NCBI RefSeq assembly: GCF_000006765.1 | Contig: NC_002516.2 | DNA: 64,000 nucleotides | Direction: 5' to 3' (one strand) | DNA from: Pseudomonas aeruginosa PAO1 | Lineage (GTDB): Bacteria; Pseudomonadota; Gammaproteobacteria; Pseudomonadales; Pseudomonadaceae | In this document: positions 47,964 through 58,757 of the stretch, one piece after another | Position numbering within the stretch: the first letter of the stretch is position 1 | Layout: each line of letters begins with the position of its first letter | The notes under the pieces: generated by a model | The model's database searches: none | Told to the model about the DNA's origin: nothing | Seen by the model: the letters and a program-made list of their open reading frames with translations, nothing else | Translations under genes and position numbers: made by a program

Positions 47964-49727
47964 ATGAAAGACACGATTCGCCAGCTGATCCAGCAAGCCC
48001 TCGACCAACTGACCGCGGACGGCACCCTGCCCGCCGGCCTGACCCCGGACATCCAGGTGGAGAACACCAAGGACCGTAGCCACGGCGATTTCGCCAGCAA
48101 CATCGCCATGATGCTGGCCAAGCCGGCCGGGATGAAGCCGCGCGACCTGGCCGCCAGGCTGGTCGAGGCAATCCCCGCCCACGAGCAACTGGCCAAGGTG
48201 GAGATCGCCGGTCCCGGCTTCCTCAACTTCTTCCAGGATCACGTCTGGCTCGCCGCCAGCCTCGACCGCGCCCTCGCCGACGAACGTCTCGGCGTGCGCA
48301 AGGCAGGCCCGGCGCAGCGCGTGGTGATCGACCTGTCCTCGCCGAACCTGGCCAAGGAAATGCACGTCGGCCACCTGCGCTCGACCATCATCGGCGACGC
48401 CGTCGCGCGCGTCCTCGAGTTCCTCGGCGACACGGTGATCCGGCAGAACCATGTCGGCGACTGGGGCACCCAGTTCGGCATGCTGCTCGCCTACCTGGAA
48501 GAGCAACCGGTCGACGCCGAGGCCGAGCTGCACGACCTGGAGGTCTTCTACCGCGCGGCGAAGAAACGCTTCGACGAGTCTCCCGAATTCGCCGACCGCG
48601 CCCGCGAACTGGTAGTCAAGCTGCAGGCCGGCGACCCCGACTGCCTGCGCCTGTGGACCCGCTTCAACGAGATTTCCCTGTCGCACTGCCAGAAGGTCTA
48701 CGACCGTCTCGGCGTGAAGCTGAGCATGGCCGACGTCATGGGCGAGAGCGCCTACAACGACGACCTCGCCCAGGTGGTCGCCGACCTGACCGCCAAGGGC
48801 CTGCTCACCGAAGACAACGGCGCGTTGTGCGTCTTCCTCGAAGAGTTCAAGAACGCCGAGGGCAATCCGCTCCCGGTGATCGTGCAGAAGGCCGGCGGCG
48901 GCTACCTCTACGCCACCACCGACCTCGCCGCCATGCGTTATCGGCACAACGTGCTGCACGCCGACCGCGTGCTGTACTTCGTCGACCAGCGCCAGGCCCT
49001 GCACTTCCAGCAGGTCTTCGAAGTGGCGCGGCGCGCCGGTTTCGTTCCGGCCGGCATGGAGCTGGAGCACATGGGCTTCGGCACCATGAACGGCGCCGAC
49101 GGCCGTCCGTTCAAGACCCGCGACGGCGGTACGGTGAAGCTGATCGACCTGCTGGAAGAGGCCGAGAGCCGCGCCTATGCGCTGGTCAAGGAACGCAACG
49201 AGCAGCGCGCCGAGCGTGGCGAGGAGCCGTTCGACGAGGTCCAGCTGCGCGAGATCGGCCGGGTGGTGGGGATCGACTCGGTGAAGTACGCCGACCTGTC
49301 CAAGCACCGCACCAGCGACTACAGCTTCAACTTCGAACTGATGCTGAGCTTCGAAGGCAACACCGCACCCTACCTGCTCTACGCCTGCACCCGCGTGGCC
49401 AGCGTCTTCCGCAAGCTCGGCCAGGGCCGCGAGCAACTGGGCGGGAAGATCGTCCTCGAGCAGCCCCAGGAGCTGGCCCTGGCCGCACAGCTGGCGCAGT
49501 TCGGCGACCTGATCAACAACGTCGCGCTCAAGGGCGTGCCGCACCTGCTCTGCGCCTACCTGTACGAGTTGGCCGGGCTGTTCTCCAGCTTCTACGAGCA
49601 TTGCCCGATCCTCACCGCCGAGGACCCGGCGCAGAAGGACAGCCGCCTGCGTCTCGCCGCGCTGACCGGCCGTACCCTGGAACAGGGCCTGGAGCTGCTC
49701 GGTCTGAAGACTCTGGAACGCATGTAA
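47964..49727 (+). CDS. argS: Arginine--tRNA ligase
   Basis: [15 protein letters not shown] (HIGH motif), [15 protein letters not shown]-terminal LERM; 587 aa. Confidence 0.97.
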   Translation: MKDTIRQLIQQALDQLTADGTLPAGLTPDIQVENTKDRSHGDFASNIAMMLAKPAGMKPRDLAARLVEAIPAHEQLAKVEIAGPGFLNFFQDHVWLAASLDRALADERLGVRKAGPAQRVVIDLSSPNLAKEMHVGHLRSTIIGDAVARVLEFLGDTVIRQNHVGDWGTQFGMLLAYLEEQPVDAEAELHDLEVFYRAAKKRFDESPEFADRARELVVKLQAGDPDCLRLWTRFNEISLSHCQKVYDRLGVKLSMADVMGESAYNDDLAQVVADLTAKGLLTEDNGALCVFLEEFKNAEGNPLPVIVQKAGGGYLYATTDLAAMRYRHNVLHADRVLYFVDQRQALHFQQVFEVARRAGFVPAGMELEHMGFGTMNGADGRPFKTRDGGTVKLIDLLEEAESRAYALVKERNEQRAERGEEPFDEVQLREIGRVVGIDSVKYADLSKHRTSDYSFNFELMLSFEGNTAPYLLYACTRVASVFRKLGQGREQLGGKIVLEQPQELALAAQLAQFGDLINNVALKGVPHLLCAYLYELAGLFSSFYEHCPILTAEDPAQKDSRLRLAALTGRTLEQGLELLGLKTLERM

Positions 49728-49761
49728 TCGAACCCGCCCGAACAGGAGTCCGGGAACCCCC

Positions 49762-50457
49762 ATGGCAAAGAAGAAACCCGCCCCCAAGCGCGGCGCCAGC
49801 CGCTACCAGGCGCCCGCCGCGAAGAACGGCGTTCCCGGCTGGGTCTGGCTGGTCGCCGGCCTGGCCATCGGCGGCTTCATCATGTTCCTGATGAAGCTCG
49901 AACCCGGGCGCAAGGACGTCCAGCGCGAACGCCCGGACGCCCAGCGCCCGGCCGCCGTGCAGGGCAAGCAGCCGCAGCAGAACGGCCAGGCCCAGCAGCC
50001 CGCACAAACGCAGACGCCGGCCCAGGCCAAGCCGAAGTACGAGTTCTACACCCTGCTGCCGGAGTCCGAGGTCGTGGTGCCGCCGGAAGCGGTACCGGAG
50101 AAGGCCCCGCCGCCGCCCACCCCCGCCGAGCTGGCCAAGGCCGACGAAGCGCGGGCCAAGGCCGCACTCGCCGGGCAGGTGCCACCGCCGCTGCCGAAAG
50201 CGGTGGTCGCCGCCAGCACGCAGTTCTTCCTGCAGGCCGGCTCGTTCCGCAAGCAGTCCGACGCCGACCGCGTGCGCGCGCAGATCATCCTGCTCGGGCA
50301 GTCGGTGAACGTCGAGGCCGGCAACGTCCGCGACGAGACCTGGTACCGGGTGATGGTCGGCCCGTTCAACAGCCGCGACCAGTTGTCCCAGGCGCAGAAG
50401 ACACTGTCCTCCAACGGCTTCAGCAACCTGCTGTTACAGCAACGCAAGGCCCGCTGA
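49762..50457 (+). CDS. ftsN: SPOR-domain cell division protein (FtsN-like)
   Basis: Basic cytoplasmic tail, one [12 protein letters not shown]-terminal SPOR ([16 protein letters not shown]); located between argS and hslV. Confidence 0.75.
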   Translation: MAKKKPAPKRGASRYQAPAAKNGVPGWVWLVAGLAIGGFIMFLMKLEPGRKDVQRERPDAQRPAAVQGKQPQQNGQAQQPAQTQTPAQAKPKYEFYTLLPESEVVVPPEAVPEKAPPPPTPAELAKADEARAKAALAGQVPPPLPKAVVAASTQFFLQAGSFRKQSDADRVRAQIILLGQSVNVEAGNVRDETWYRVMVGPFNSRDQLSQAQKTLSSNGFSNLLLQQRKAR

Positions 50458-50467
50458 GCGCGGGCCA

Positions 50468-50491
50468 CGCCGTGCGTTCCGACGCACGGCG
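50468..50491. other. Perfect hairpin downstream of ftsN
   Basis: CGCCGTGCGT-tccg-ACGCACGGCG; no U-tract. Confidence 0.65.
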
Positions 50492-50501
50492 GTGCGTGCG
50501 G

Positions 50502-50528
50502 TTGAAAAGCCGCGGATCGCCCCTATAT
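50502..50528 (+). promoter_or_regulatory. RpoH (sigma32) heat-shock promoter of hslVU
   Basis: TTGAAA-N13-CCCTATAT, close to consensus TTGAAA-N13/14-CCCCATAT, 47 bp before hslV. Confidence 0.85.
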
Positions 50529-50575
50529 CTCCCAGCATTCCGGGCATTCGGCCCCGCAGTGTGGAGATTTCCCCC

Positions 50576-51109
50576 TTGACCACCATCGTATCTGTCCGCC
50601 GCAACGGCAAAGTCGTCATGGGCGGCGACGGCCAGGTTTCCCTGGGCAACACCGTGATGAAAGGCAACGCCAAGAAGGTCCGGCGCCTGTATCACGGTCA
50701 GGTACTGGCCGGTTTCGCCGGCGCCACCGCCGATGCCTTCACCCTGTTCGAGCGCTTCGAGCAGCAATTGGAGAAACACCAGGGGCACCTGGTCCGCGCC
50801 GCCGTCGAACTGGCCAAGGACTGGCGCACCGACCGCTCCCTGAGCCGCCTCGAAGCCATGCTCGCGGTCGCCAACAAGGATGCCTCGCTGATCATCACCG
50901 GCAACGGCGACGTGGTCGAACCCGAACACGGCCTGATCGCCATGGGCTCCGGCGGCGGCTTCGCCCAGGCCGCGGCCCTGGCCCTGCTGCAGCACAACGC
51001 CGAGCTGAGCGCTCGGGAAGTCGCCGAGACCGCGCTGAACATCGCCGGCTCGATCTGCGTCTTCACCAACCAGAACCTGACCATCGAGGAGCTGGACAGC
51101 GCCGTCTGA
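50576..51109 (+). CDS. hslV: ATP-dependent protease subunit HslV
   Basis: TTG start then TTIVSVRR (catalytic Thr1), [20 protein letters not shown]; GGAG SD; 177 aa. Confidence 0.97.
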
Positions 51110-51137
51110 AGCGCTCGTCCCCCGCTGGAGTAAACGA

Positions 51138-52481
<1,344 letters not shown>

Positions 52482-52487
52482 CCACCG

Positions 52488-52517
52488 CCGCCGCCACGGC
52501 CAACACCGTGGCGGCGG
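52488..52517. other. Inverted repeat after hslU
   Basis: CCGCCGCCACGG-ccaaca-CCGTGGCGGCGG, 12-bp stem without U-tract. Confidence 0.65.
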
Positions 52518-52575
52518 GCCGCGCGGTCCCGAACCGGGGTATCCTTGTACTCCGCCCTTCCGCGAGTCCGATGCG

Positions 52576-52947
52576 ATGCGTATCCCTTCCGCCATCCAGC
52601 TGCACAAAGCCTCGAAGACCCTGACCCTGCGCTACGGCGAGGATAGCTACGACCTGCCTGCCGAGTTCCTCCGCGTGCATTCGCCCTCGGCCGAGGTCCA
52701 GGGCCACGGCAACCCGGTATTGCAGTACGGCAAGCTGAACGTCGGCCTGGTCGGCGTCGAACCCGCCGGCCAGTACGCACTGAAGCTGAGCTTCGACGAC
52801 GGCCACGACAGCGGCCTGTTCACCTGGGACTACCTGTACGAGCTGGCGACCCGCAAGGACCAGCTATGGGCCGACTACCTGGCGGAGCTGGCCAGCGCCG
52901 GCAAGTCGCGCGACCCCGACGAGTCGGTCGTCAAGCTGATGCTCTGA
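52576..52947 (+). CDS. DUF971 / GBBH-N-like protein
   Basis: AEFLRVHSPSAEVQGHG, GQYALKLSFDDGHDSGLFTWDYL; 123 aa. Confidence 0.85.
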   Translation: MRIPSAIQLHKASKTLTLRYGEDSYDLPAEFLRVHSPSAEVQGHGNPVLQYGKLNVGLVGVEPAGQYALKLSFDDGHDSGLFTWDYLYELATRKDQLWADYLAELASAGKSRDPDESVVKLML

Positions 52948-53015
52948 AGCGCCGGGCCGAGTGCCCCTTCGCGGCACACGGCATCCAGGCGATTTTTCTC
53001 CGCTGCCCCGAACGA

Positions 53016-53031
53016 GGGCACGTCATTTGCA
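53016..53031 (+). promoter_or_regulatory. sigma54 (-24/-12) promoter upstream of phaC1
   Basis: GGGCAC-GTCAT-TTGCA with correct GG-N10-GC spacing. Confidence 0.75.
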
Positions 53032-53365
53032 ACATTCGCCCCGCAGACTGCCAGACCAGACATCCGGTCGGCGCGGTCGCCACGGCGAATGTCCTACCCT
53101 GCACGGCAGCAACGCTCTAGTCCGCAGGTCGGCCGCTCGCCGGGCCAGCCACGCCGGCCACCGATGCTTCTGCCAGCTTGCACGCCAGCGGAAACTCGCG
53201 TAACCAAGACGGTGCAGCCCCTTGTCCGGGTTCCCTTCCCTGACGTGCGTCCGCCCCGCCCTGAAACGTGCGGGTGGGCTGGTAGTCGAGCAGTAGCCGG
53301 CCGGACACCTAGTCCCCGGTTTCGTTGCGGTCCCCTGTTTCGCCTCGAACAATGGAGCGTTGCCG

Positions 53366-55045
53366 ATGAGTCAGAAGAACAATAACGAGCTTCCCAAGCA
53401 AGCCGCGGAAAACACGCTGAACCTGAATCCGGTGATCGGCATCCGGGGCAAGGACCTGCTCACCTCCGCGCGCATGGTCCTGCTCCAGGCGGTGCGCCAG
53501 CCGCTGCACAGCGCCAGGCACGTGGCGCATTTCAGCCTGGAGCTGAAGAACGTCCTGCTCGGCCAGTCGGAGCTACGCCCAGGCGATGACGACCGACGCT
53601 TTTCCGATCCGGCCTGGAGCCAGAATCCACTGTACAAGCGCTACATGCAGACCTACCTGGCCTGGCGCAAGGAGCTGCACAGCTGGATCAGCCACAGCGA
53701 CCTGTCGCCGCAGGACATCAGTCGTGGCCAGTTCGTCATCAACCTGCTGACCGAGGCGATGTCGCCGACCAACAGCCTGAGCAACCCGGCGGCGGTCAAG
53801 CGCTTCTTCGAGACCGGCGGCAAGAGCCTGCTGGACGGCCTCGGCCACCTGGCCAAGGACCTGGTGAACAACGGCGGGATGCCGAGCCAGGTGGACATGG
53901 ACGCCTTCGAGGTGGGCAAGAACCTGGCCACCACCGAGGGCGCCGTGGTGTTCCGCAACGACGTGCTGGAACTGATCCAGTACCGGCCGATCACCGAGTC
54001 GGTGCACGAACGCCCGCTGCTGGTGGTGCCGCCGCAGATCAACAAGTTCTACGTCTTCGACCTGTCGCCGGACAAGAGCCTGGCGCGCTTCTGCCTGCGC
54101 AACGGCGTGCAGACCTTCATCGTCAGTTGGCGCAACCCGACCAAGTCGCAGCGCGAATGGGGCCTGACCACCTATATCGAGGCGCTCAAGGAGGCCATCG
54201 AGGTAGTCCTGTCGATCACCGGCAGCAAGGACCTCAACCTCCTCGGCGCCTGCTCCGGCGGGATCACCACCGCGACCCTGGTCGGCCACTACGTGGCCAG
54301 CGGCGAGAAGAAGGTCAACGCCTTCACCCAACTGGTCAGCGTGCTCGACTTCGAACTGAATACCCAGGTCGCGCTGTTCGCCGACGAGAAGACTCTGGAG
54401 GCCGCCAAGCGTCGTTCCTACCAGTCCGGCGTGCTGGAGGGCAAGGACATGGCCAAGGTGTTCGCCTGGATGCGCCCCAACGACCTGATCTGGAACTACT
54501 GGGTCAACAACTACCTGCTCGGCAACCAGCCGCCGGCGTTCGACATCCTCTACTGGAACAACGACACCACGCGCCTGCCCGCCGCGCTGCACGGCGAGTT
54601 CGTCGAACTGTTCAAGAGCAACCCGCTGAACCGCCCCGGCGCCCTGGAGGTCTCCGGCACGCCCATCGACCTGAAGCAGGTGACTTGCGACTTCTACTGT
54701 GTCGCCGGTCTGAACGACCACATCACCCCCTGGGAGTCGTGCTACAAGTCGGCCAGGCTGCTGGGTGGCAAGTGCGAGTTCATCCTCTCCAACAGCGGTC
54801 ACATCCAGAGCATCCTCAACCCACCGGGCAACCCCAAGGCACGCTTCATGACCAATCCGGAACTGCCCGCCGAGCCCAAGGCCTGGCTGGAACAGGCCGG
54901 CAAGCACGCCGACTCGTGGTGGTTGCACTGGCAGCAATGGCTGGCCGAACGCTCCGGCAAGACCCGCAAGGCGCCCGCCAGCCTGGGCAACAAGACCTAT
55001 CCGGCCGGCGAAGCCGCGCCCGGAACCTACGTGCATGAACGATGA
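53366..55045 (+). CDS. phaC1: Class II PHA synthase 1
   Basis: Lipase-like box GACSGG, AVVFRNDVLELIQY, WNNDTT, DHITPW, SGHIQS; 559 aa. Confidence 0.97.
   Translation: MSQKNNNELPKQAAENTLNLNPVIGIRGKDLLTSARMVLLQAVRQPLHSARHVAHFSLELKNVLLGQSELRPGDDDRRFSDPAWSQNPLYKRYMQTYLAWRKELHSWISHSDLSPQDISRGQFVINLLTEAMSPTNSLSNPAAVKRFFETGGKSLLDGLGHLAKDLVNNGGMPSQVDMDAFEVGKNLATTEGAVVFRNDVLELIQYRPITESVHERPLLVVPPQINKFYVFDLSPDKSLARFCLRNGVQTFIVSWRNPTKSQREWGLTTYIEALKEAIEVVLSITGSKDLNLLGACSGGITTATLVGHYVASGEKKVNAFTQLVSVLDFELNTQVALFADEKTLEAAKRRSYQSGVLEGKDMAKVFAWMRPNDLIWNYWVNNYLLGNQPPAFDILYWNNDTTRLPAALHGEFVELFKSNPLNRPGALEVSGTPIDLKQVTCDFYCVAGLNDHITPWESCYKSARLLGGKCEFILSNSGHIQSILNPPGNPKARFMTNPELPAEPKAWLEQAGKHADSWWLHWQQWLAERSGKTRKAPASLGNKTYPAGEAAPGTYVHER
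53375..53386 (+). promoter_or_regulatory. A-rich (AAN)4 motif, candidate Hfq/Crc site
   Basis: AAGAACAATAAC in codons 4-7 of phaC1, fitting the AAnAAnAA catabolite-activity motif. Crc control of phaC1 in P. putida is recalled from literature. Confidence 0.55.
54446..54566 (+). repeat. Near-identical direct repeat, copy 1 (phaC1)
   Basis: 79 nt identical, 2 mismatches, then 40 nt identical to 57442-57562. Confidence 0.92.
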
Positions 55046-55197
55046 AAAGCGACCAGCCTGAAGAACAGCCGCAGGAGCGATCCGCGGCCTCCGCCGACGA
55101 AACCCCGCCAGCGCCTCCGGCGCGGCCCCGTGCCGCGCGGAAGCCGGCCAGGCCCCGTATCGCCGAGCCCGCGGCTGCGCCGCCGAGGACCCCGAGC

Positions 55198-56055
55198 ATG
55201 CCCCAGCCCTTCGTCTTCCGGACCATCGACCTCGACGGCCAGACCATCCGCACCGCAGTGCGGCCGGGCAAGGAAGGAAGCACTCCGCTGCTGATCTTCA
55301 ACGGCATAGGCGCCAACCTGGAACTGGTGTTCCCCTTCGTCCAGGCGCTCGACCCGGAACTGGAGGTGATCGCCTTCGACGTTCCCGGCGTCGGCGGTTC
55401 CTCGACGCCCAGCGTGCCCTACCGCTTTCCCGGCCTGGCCAAGCTGGCGGCGCGGATGCTCGACTACCTGGACTACGGCCAGGTCAACGCGATCGGCGTG
55501 TCCTGGGGCGGCGCGCTGGCCCAGCAGTTCGCCCACGACTATCCGGAACGCTGCAAGAAGCTGATCCTCGCCGCCACTTCGGCTGGCGCGGTGATGGTGC
55601 CGGGCAAGCCGAAGGTACTGATGCGCATGGCCAGCCCGCGGCGCTACATCCAGCCCTCCTATGGCGTACACATCGCCCCGGACATCTACGGCGGGGCCTT
55701 CCGCCGCGACCCCAAGCTGGCCATGGCGCATGCCAGCAAGGTGCGTTCGTCGGGCAAGCTGGGCTACTACTGGCAACTGTTCGCCGGGCTCGGCTGGACC
55801 AGCATCCACTGGCTGCATAGGATCCGCCAGCCGACCCTGGTGCTGGCCGGCGACGACGACCCGATCATCCCGCTGATCAACATGCGTGTGCTGGCCTGGC
55901 GCATTCCCAACGCCGAACTGCACGTGATCGACGACGGCCACCTGTTCCTGGTGACCCGCGCCGAATCGGTGGCGCCGATCATCATGAAGTTCCTCGCCGA
56001 GGAGCGCCGTCGCGCCGTCATGCACCCTCGTCCGTTCCTGCCCAAGACCGGCTGA
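55198..56055 (+). CDS. phaZ: Intracellular mcl-PHA depolymerase
   Basis: MPQPFVFRTI start with GAGGA SD, FNGIGANLE, lipase box GVSWGG, GDDDP, DDGHLF; 285 aa. The frame stays open upstream to ATG 55042. Confidence 0.95.
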   Translation: MPQPFVFRTIDLDGQTIRTAVRPGKEGSTPLLIFNGIGANLELVFPFVQALDPELEVIAFDVPGVGGSSTPSVPYRFPGLAKLAARMLDYLDYGQVNAIGVSWGGALAQQFAHDYPERCKKLILAATSAGAVMVPGKPKVLMRMASPRRYIQPSYGVHIAPDIYGGAFRRDPKLAMAHASKVRSSGKLGYYWQLFAGLGWTSIHWLHRIRQPTLVLAGDDDPIIPLINMRVLAWRIPNAELHVIDDGHLFLVTRAESVAPIIMKFLAEERRRAVMHPRPFLPKTG

Positions 56056-56191
56056 ACTGCTGCACGGGCAACACCAGGGCAGCAGACACTGCTTCGTCAT
56101 GGTGCAGGTGCATAGTCAATGTTCCGCAACGGCGCATGGCGCCTGGCTTCGCCGCGACAGCGCAAGCTCTGCGACGCCCCTCCCGGCGTTG

Positions 56192-56207
56192 TGGTACAGC
56201 GCTTGCT
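56192..56207 (+). promoter_or_regulatory. sigma54 (-24/-12) promoter upstream of phaC2
   Basis: TGGTAC-AGCGC-TTGCT, one mismatch from TGGCAC-N5-TTGCW, about 150 bp before the ATG. Confidence 0.75.
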
Positions 56208-56358
56208 GCCCCACTGTCGGGCGGCAACCTCCCTGTTCAGGCAGGTGTGCGGTTCTGCCCCGGGTGAAACGGAATTCACAGGCTATAACTGAGTATTCCG
56301 AGCCAGGGGACGATCGCCCGTGGCATCCAGACTGTGGTCCTACGACGGAGTGTGGTCC

Positions 56359-58041
56359 ATGCGAGAAAAGCAGGAATCGGGTAGCGTGCCGGTGCCCGCC
56401 GAGTTCATGAGTGCACAGAGCGCCATCGTCGGCCTGCGCGGCAAGGACCTGCTGACGACGGTCCGCAGCCTGGCTGTCCACGGCCTGCGCCAGCCGCTGC
56501 ACAGTGCGCGGCACCTGGTCGCCTTCGGAGGCCAGTTGGGCAAGGTGCTGCTGGGCGACACCCTGCACCAGCCGAACCCACAGGACGCCCGCTTCCAGGA
56601 TCCATCCTGGCGCCTCAATCCCTTCTACCGGCGCACCCTGCAGGCCTACCTGGCGTGGCAGAAACAACTGCTCGCCTGGATCGACGAAAGCAACCTGGAC
56701 TGCGACGATCGCGCCCGCGCCCGCTTCCTCGTCGCCTTGCTCTCCGACGCCGTGGCACCCAGCAACAGCCTGATCAATCCACTGGCGTTAAAGGAACTGT
56801 TCAATACCGGCGGGATCAGCCTGCTCAATGGCGTCCGCCACCTGCTCGAAGACCTGGTGCACAACGGCGGCATGCCCAGCCAGGTGAACAAGACCGCCTT
56901 CGAGATCGGTCGCAACCTCGCCACCACGCAAGGCGCGGTGGTGTTCCGCAACGAGGTGCTGGAGCTGATCCAGTACAAGCCGCTGGGCGAGCGCCAGTAC
57001 GCCAAGCCCCTGCTGATCGTGCCGCCGCAGATCAACAAGTACTACATCTTCGACCTGTCGCCGGAAAAGAGCTTCGTCCAGTACGCCCTGAAGAACAACC
57101 TGCAGGTCTTCGTCATCAGTTGGCGCAACCCCGACGCCCAGCACCGCGAATGGGGCCTGAGCACCTATGTCGAGGCCCTCGACCAGGCCATCGAGGTCAG
57201 CCGCGAGATCACCGGCAGCCGCAGCGTGAACCTGGCCGGCGCCTGCGCCGGCGGGCTCACCGTAGCCGCCTTGCTCGGCCACCTGCAGGTGCGCCGGCAA
57301 CTGCGCAAGGTCAGTAGCGTCACCTACCTGGTCAGCCTGCTCGACAGCCAGATGGAAAGCCCGGCGATGCTCTTCGCCGACGAGCAGACCCTGGAGAGCA
57401 GCAAGCGCCGCTCCTACCAGCATGGCGTGCTGGACGGGCGCGACATGGCCAAGGTGTTCGCCTGGATGCGCCCCAACGACCTGATCTGGAACTACTGGGT
57501 CAACAACTACCTGCTCGGCAGGCAGCCGCCGGCGTTCGACATCCTCTACTGGAACAACGACAACACGCGGCTGCCCGCGGCGTTCCACGGCGAACTGCTC
57601 GACCTGTTCAAGCACAACCCGCTGACCCGCCCGGGCGCGCTGGAGGTCAGCGGGACCGCGGTGGACCTGGGCAAGGTGGCGATCGACAGCTTCCACGTCG
57701 CCGGCATCACCGACCACATCACGCCCTGGGACGCGGTGTATCGCTCGGCCCTCCTGCTGGGCGGCCAGCGCCGCTTCATCCTGTCCAACAGCGGGCACAT
57801 CCAGAGCATCCTCAACCCTCCCGGAAACCCCAAGGCCTGCTACTTCGAGAACGACAAGCTGAGCAGCGATCCACGCGCCTGGTACTACGACGCCAAGCGC
57901 GAAGAGGGCAGCTGGTGGCCGGTCTGGCTGGGCTGGCTGCAGGAGCGCTCGGGCGAGCTGGGCAACCCTGACTTCAACCTTGGCAGCGCCGCGCATCCGC
58001 CCCTCGAAGCGGCCCCGGGCACCTACGTGCATATACGCTGA
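56359..58041 (+). CDS. phaC2: Class II PHA synthase 2
   Basis: GACAGG box, WNNDNT, DHITPW, SGHIQS; paralog of phaC1; 560 aa. Confidence 0.97.
   Translation: MREKQESGSVPVPAEFMSAQSAIVGLRGKDLLTTVRSLAVHGLRQPLHSARHLVAFGGQLGKVLLGDTLHQPNPQDARFQDPSWRLNPFYRRTLQAYLAWQKQLLAWIDESNLDCDDRARARFLVALLSDAVAPSNSLINPLALKELFNTGGISLLNGVRHLLEDLVHNGGMPSQVNKTAFEIGRNLATTQGAVVFRNEVLELIQYKPLGERQYAKPLLIVPPQINKYYIFDLSPEKSFVQYALKNNLQVFVISWRNPDAQHREWGLSTYVEALDQAIEVSREITGSRSVNLAGACAGGLTVAALLGHLQVRRQLRKVSSVTYLVSLLDSQMESPAMLFADEQTLESSKRRSYQHGVLDGRDMAKVFAWMRPNDLIWNYWVNNYLLGRQPPAFDILYWNNDNTRLPAAFHGELLDLFKHNPLTRPGALEVSGTAVDLGKVAIDSFHVAGITDHITPWDAVYRSALLLGGQRRFILSNSGHIQSILNPPGNPKACYFENDKLSSDPRAWYYDAKREEGSWWPVWLGWLQERSGELGNPDFNLGSAAHPPLEAAPGTYVHIR
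57442..57562 (+). repeat. Near-identical direct repeat, copy 2 (phaC2)
   Basis: 119/121 nt identical to 54446-54566; offset 2996 bp. Confidence 0.92.
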
Positions 58042-58096
58042 AAGATCCGGCCCGGGCGCCTGGAGCCGGGCACCTCCATCCCCAGAAGAAGTCCGG

Positions 58097-58714
58097 ATGA
58101 AGACACGCGACCGAATCCTCGAATGCTCGCTGTTGCTGTTCAACGAACAGGGCGAGCCCAACGTCTCGACACTGGAGATCGCCAACGAACTGGGCATCAG
58201 CCCGGGCAATCTCTACTACCACTTCCATGGCAAGGAACCGCTGGTGATGGCGCTGTTCGAGCGGTTCCAGGCCGAGTTGGCGCCGCTGCTCGATCCGCCC
58301 GAGGAGGTGCGCCTGGGCGCGGAGGACTACTGGCTGTTCCTGCACCTGATCGTCGAGCGCCTCGCCCACTACCGCTTCCTGTTCCAGGACCTGTCCAACC
58401 TGACCGGGCGCCTGCCACGGCTGGCTCGCGGCATCCGTACCTGGCTCGGCGCGCTGAAGCGGACCCTGGCCACCCTGCTGGCCCGCCTCAAGGCCGACCG
58501 GCAGTTGCGCAGCGACGCGCCGGCACTCGGGCAACTGGTCGAACAGATCACCCTGACCCTGCTGTTCTCCCTGGATTACCAGCGGGTACTGGGCAGCAAG
58601 GGCGAGGTGCGCACGGTGGTCTACCAGATCATGATGCTGGTCGCCCCGCATCTGCGCAGCGAGGCCCAACGCTCGGCGGAAAGCCTGGCGCAGCGCTACC
58701 TGGGACCGGAATGA
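58097..58714 (+). CDS. phaD: TetR-family regulator of the pha cluster
   Basis: MKTRDRILE..LLFNEQG..VST.EIA.ELGISPGNLYYHF HTH; 205 aa; follows phaC2. Confidence 0.94.
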   Translation: MKTRDRILECSLLLFNEQGEPNVSTLEIANELGISPGNLYYHFHGKEPLVMALFERFQAELAPLLDPPEEVRLGAEDYWLFLHLIVERLAHYRFLFQDLSNLTGRLPRLARGIRTWLGALKRTLATLLARLKADRQLRSDAPALGQLVEQITLTLLFSLDYQRVLGSKGEVRTVVYQIMMLVAPHLRSEAQRSAESLAQRYLGPE

Positions 58715-58739
58715 AAAACGCCCGGCGAGTGCCGGGCGT
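58714..58739 (-). terminator. Intrinsic terminator of phaIF
   Basis: ACGCCCGGC-gagt-GCCGGGCGT with an A-run on its left, giving a U-tract on the minus strand. Confidence 0.8.
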
Positions 58740-58757
58740 GTGCCTTGCCGCCAGGAC

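Noticed and set aside
50540-50578. RNA thermometer in the hslV leader
   Set aside because: Only a 3-bp pairing over the SD, with no ROSE or fourU motif; heat induction is already explained by the sigma32 promoter.
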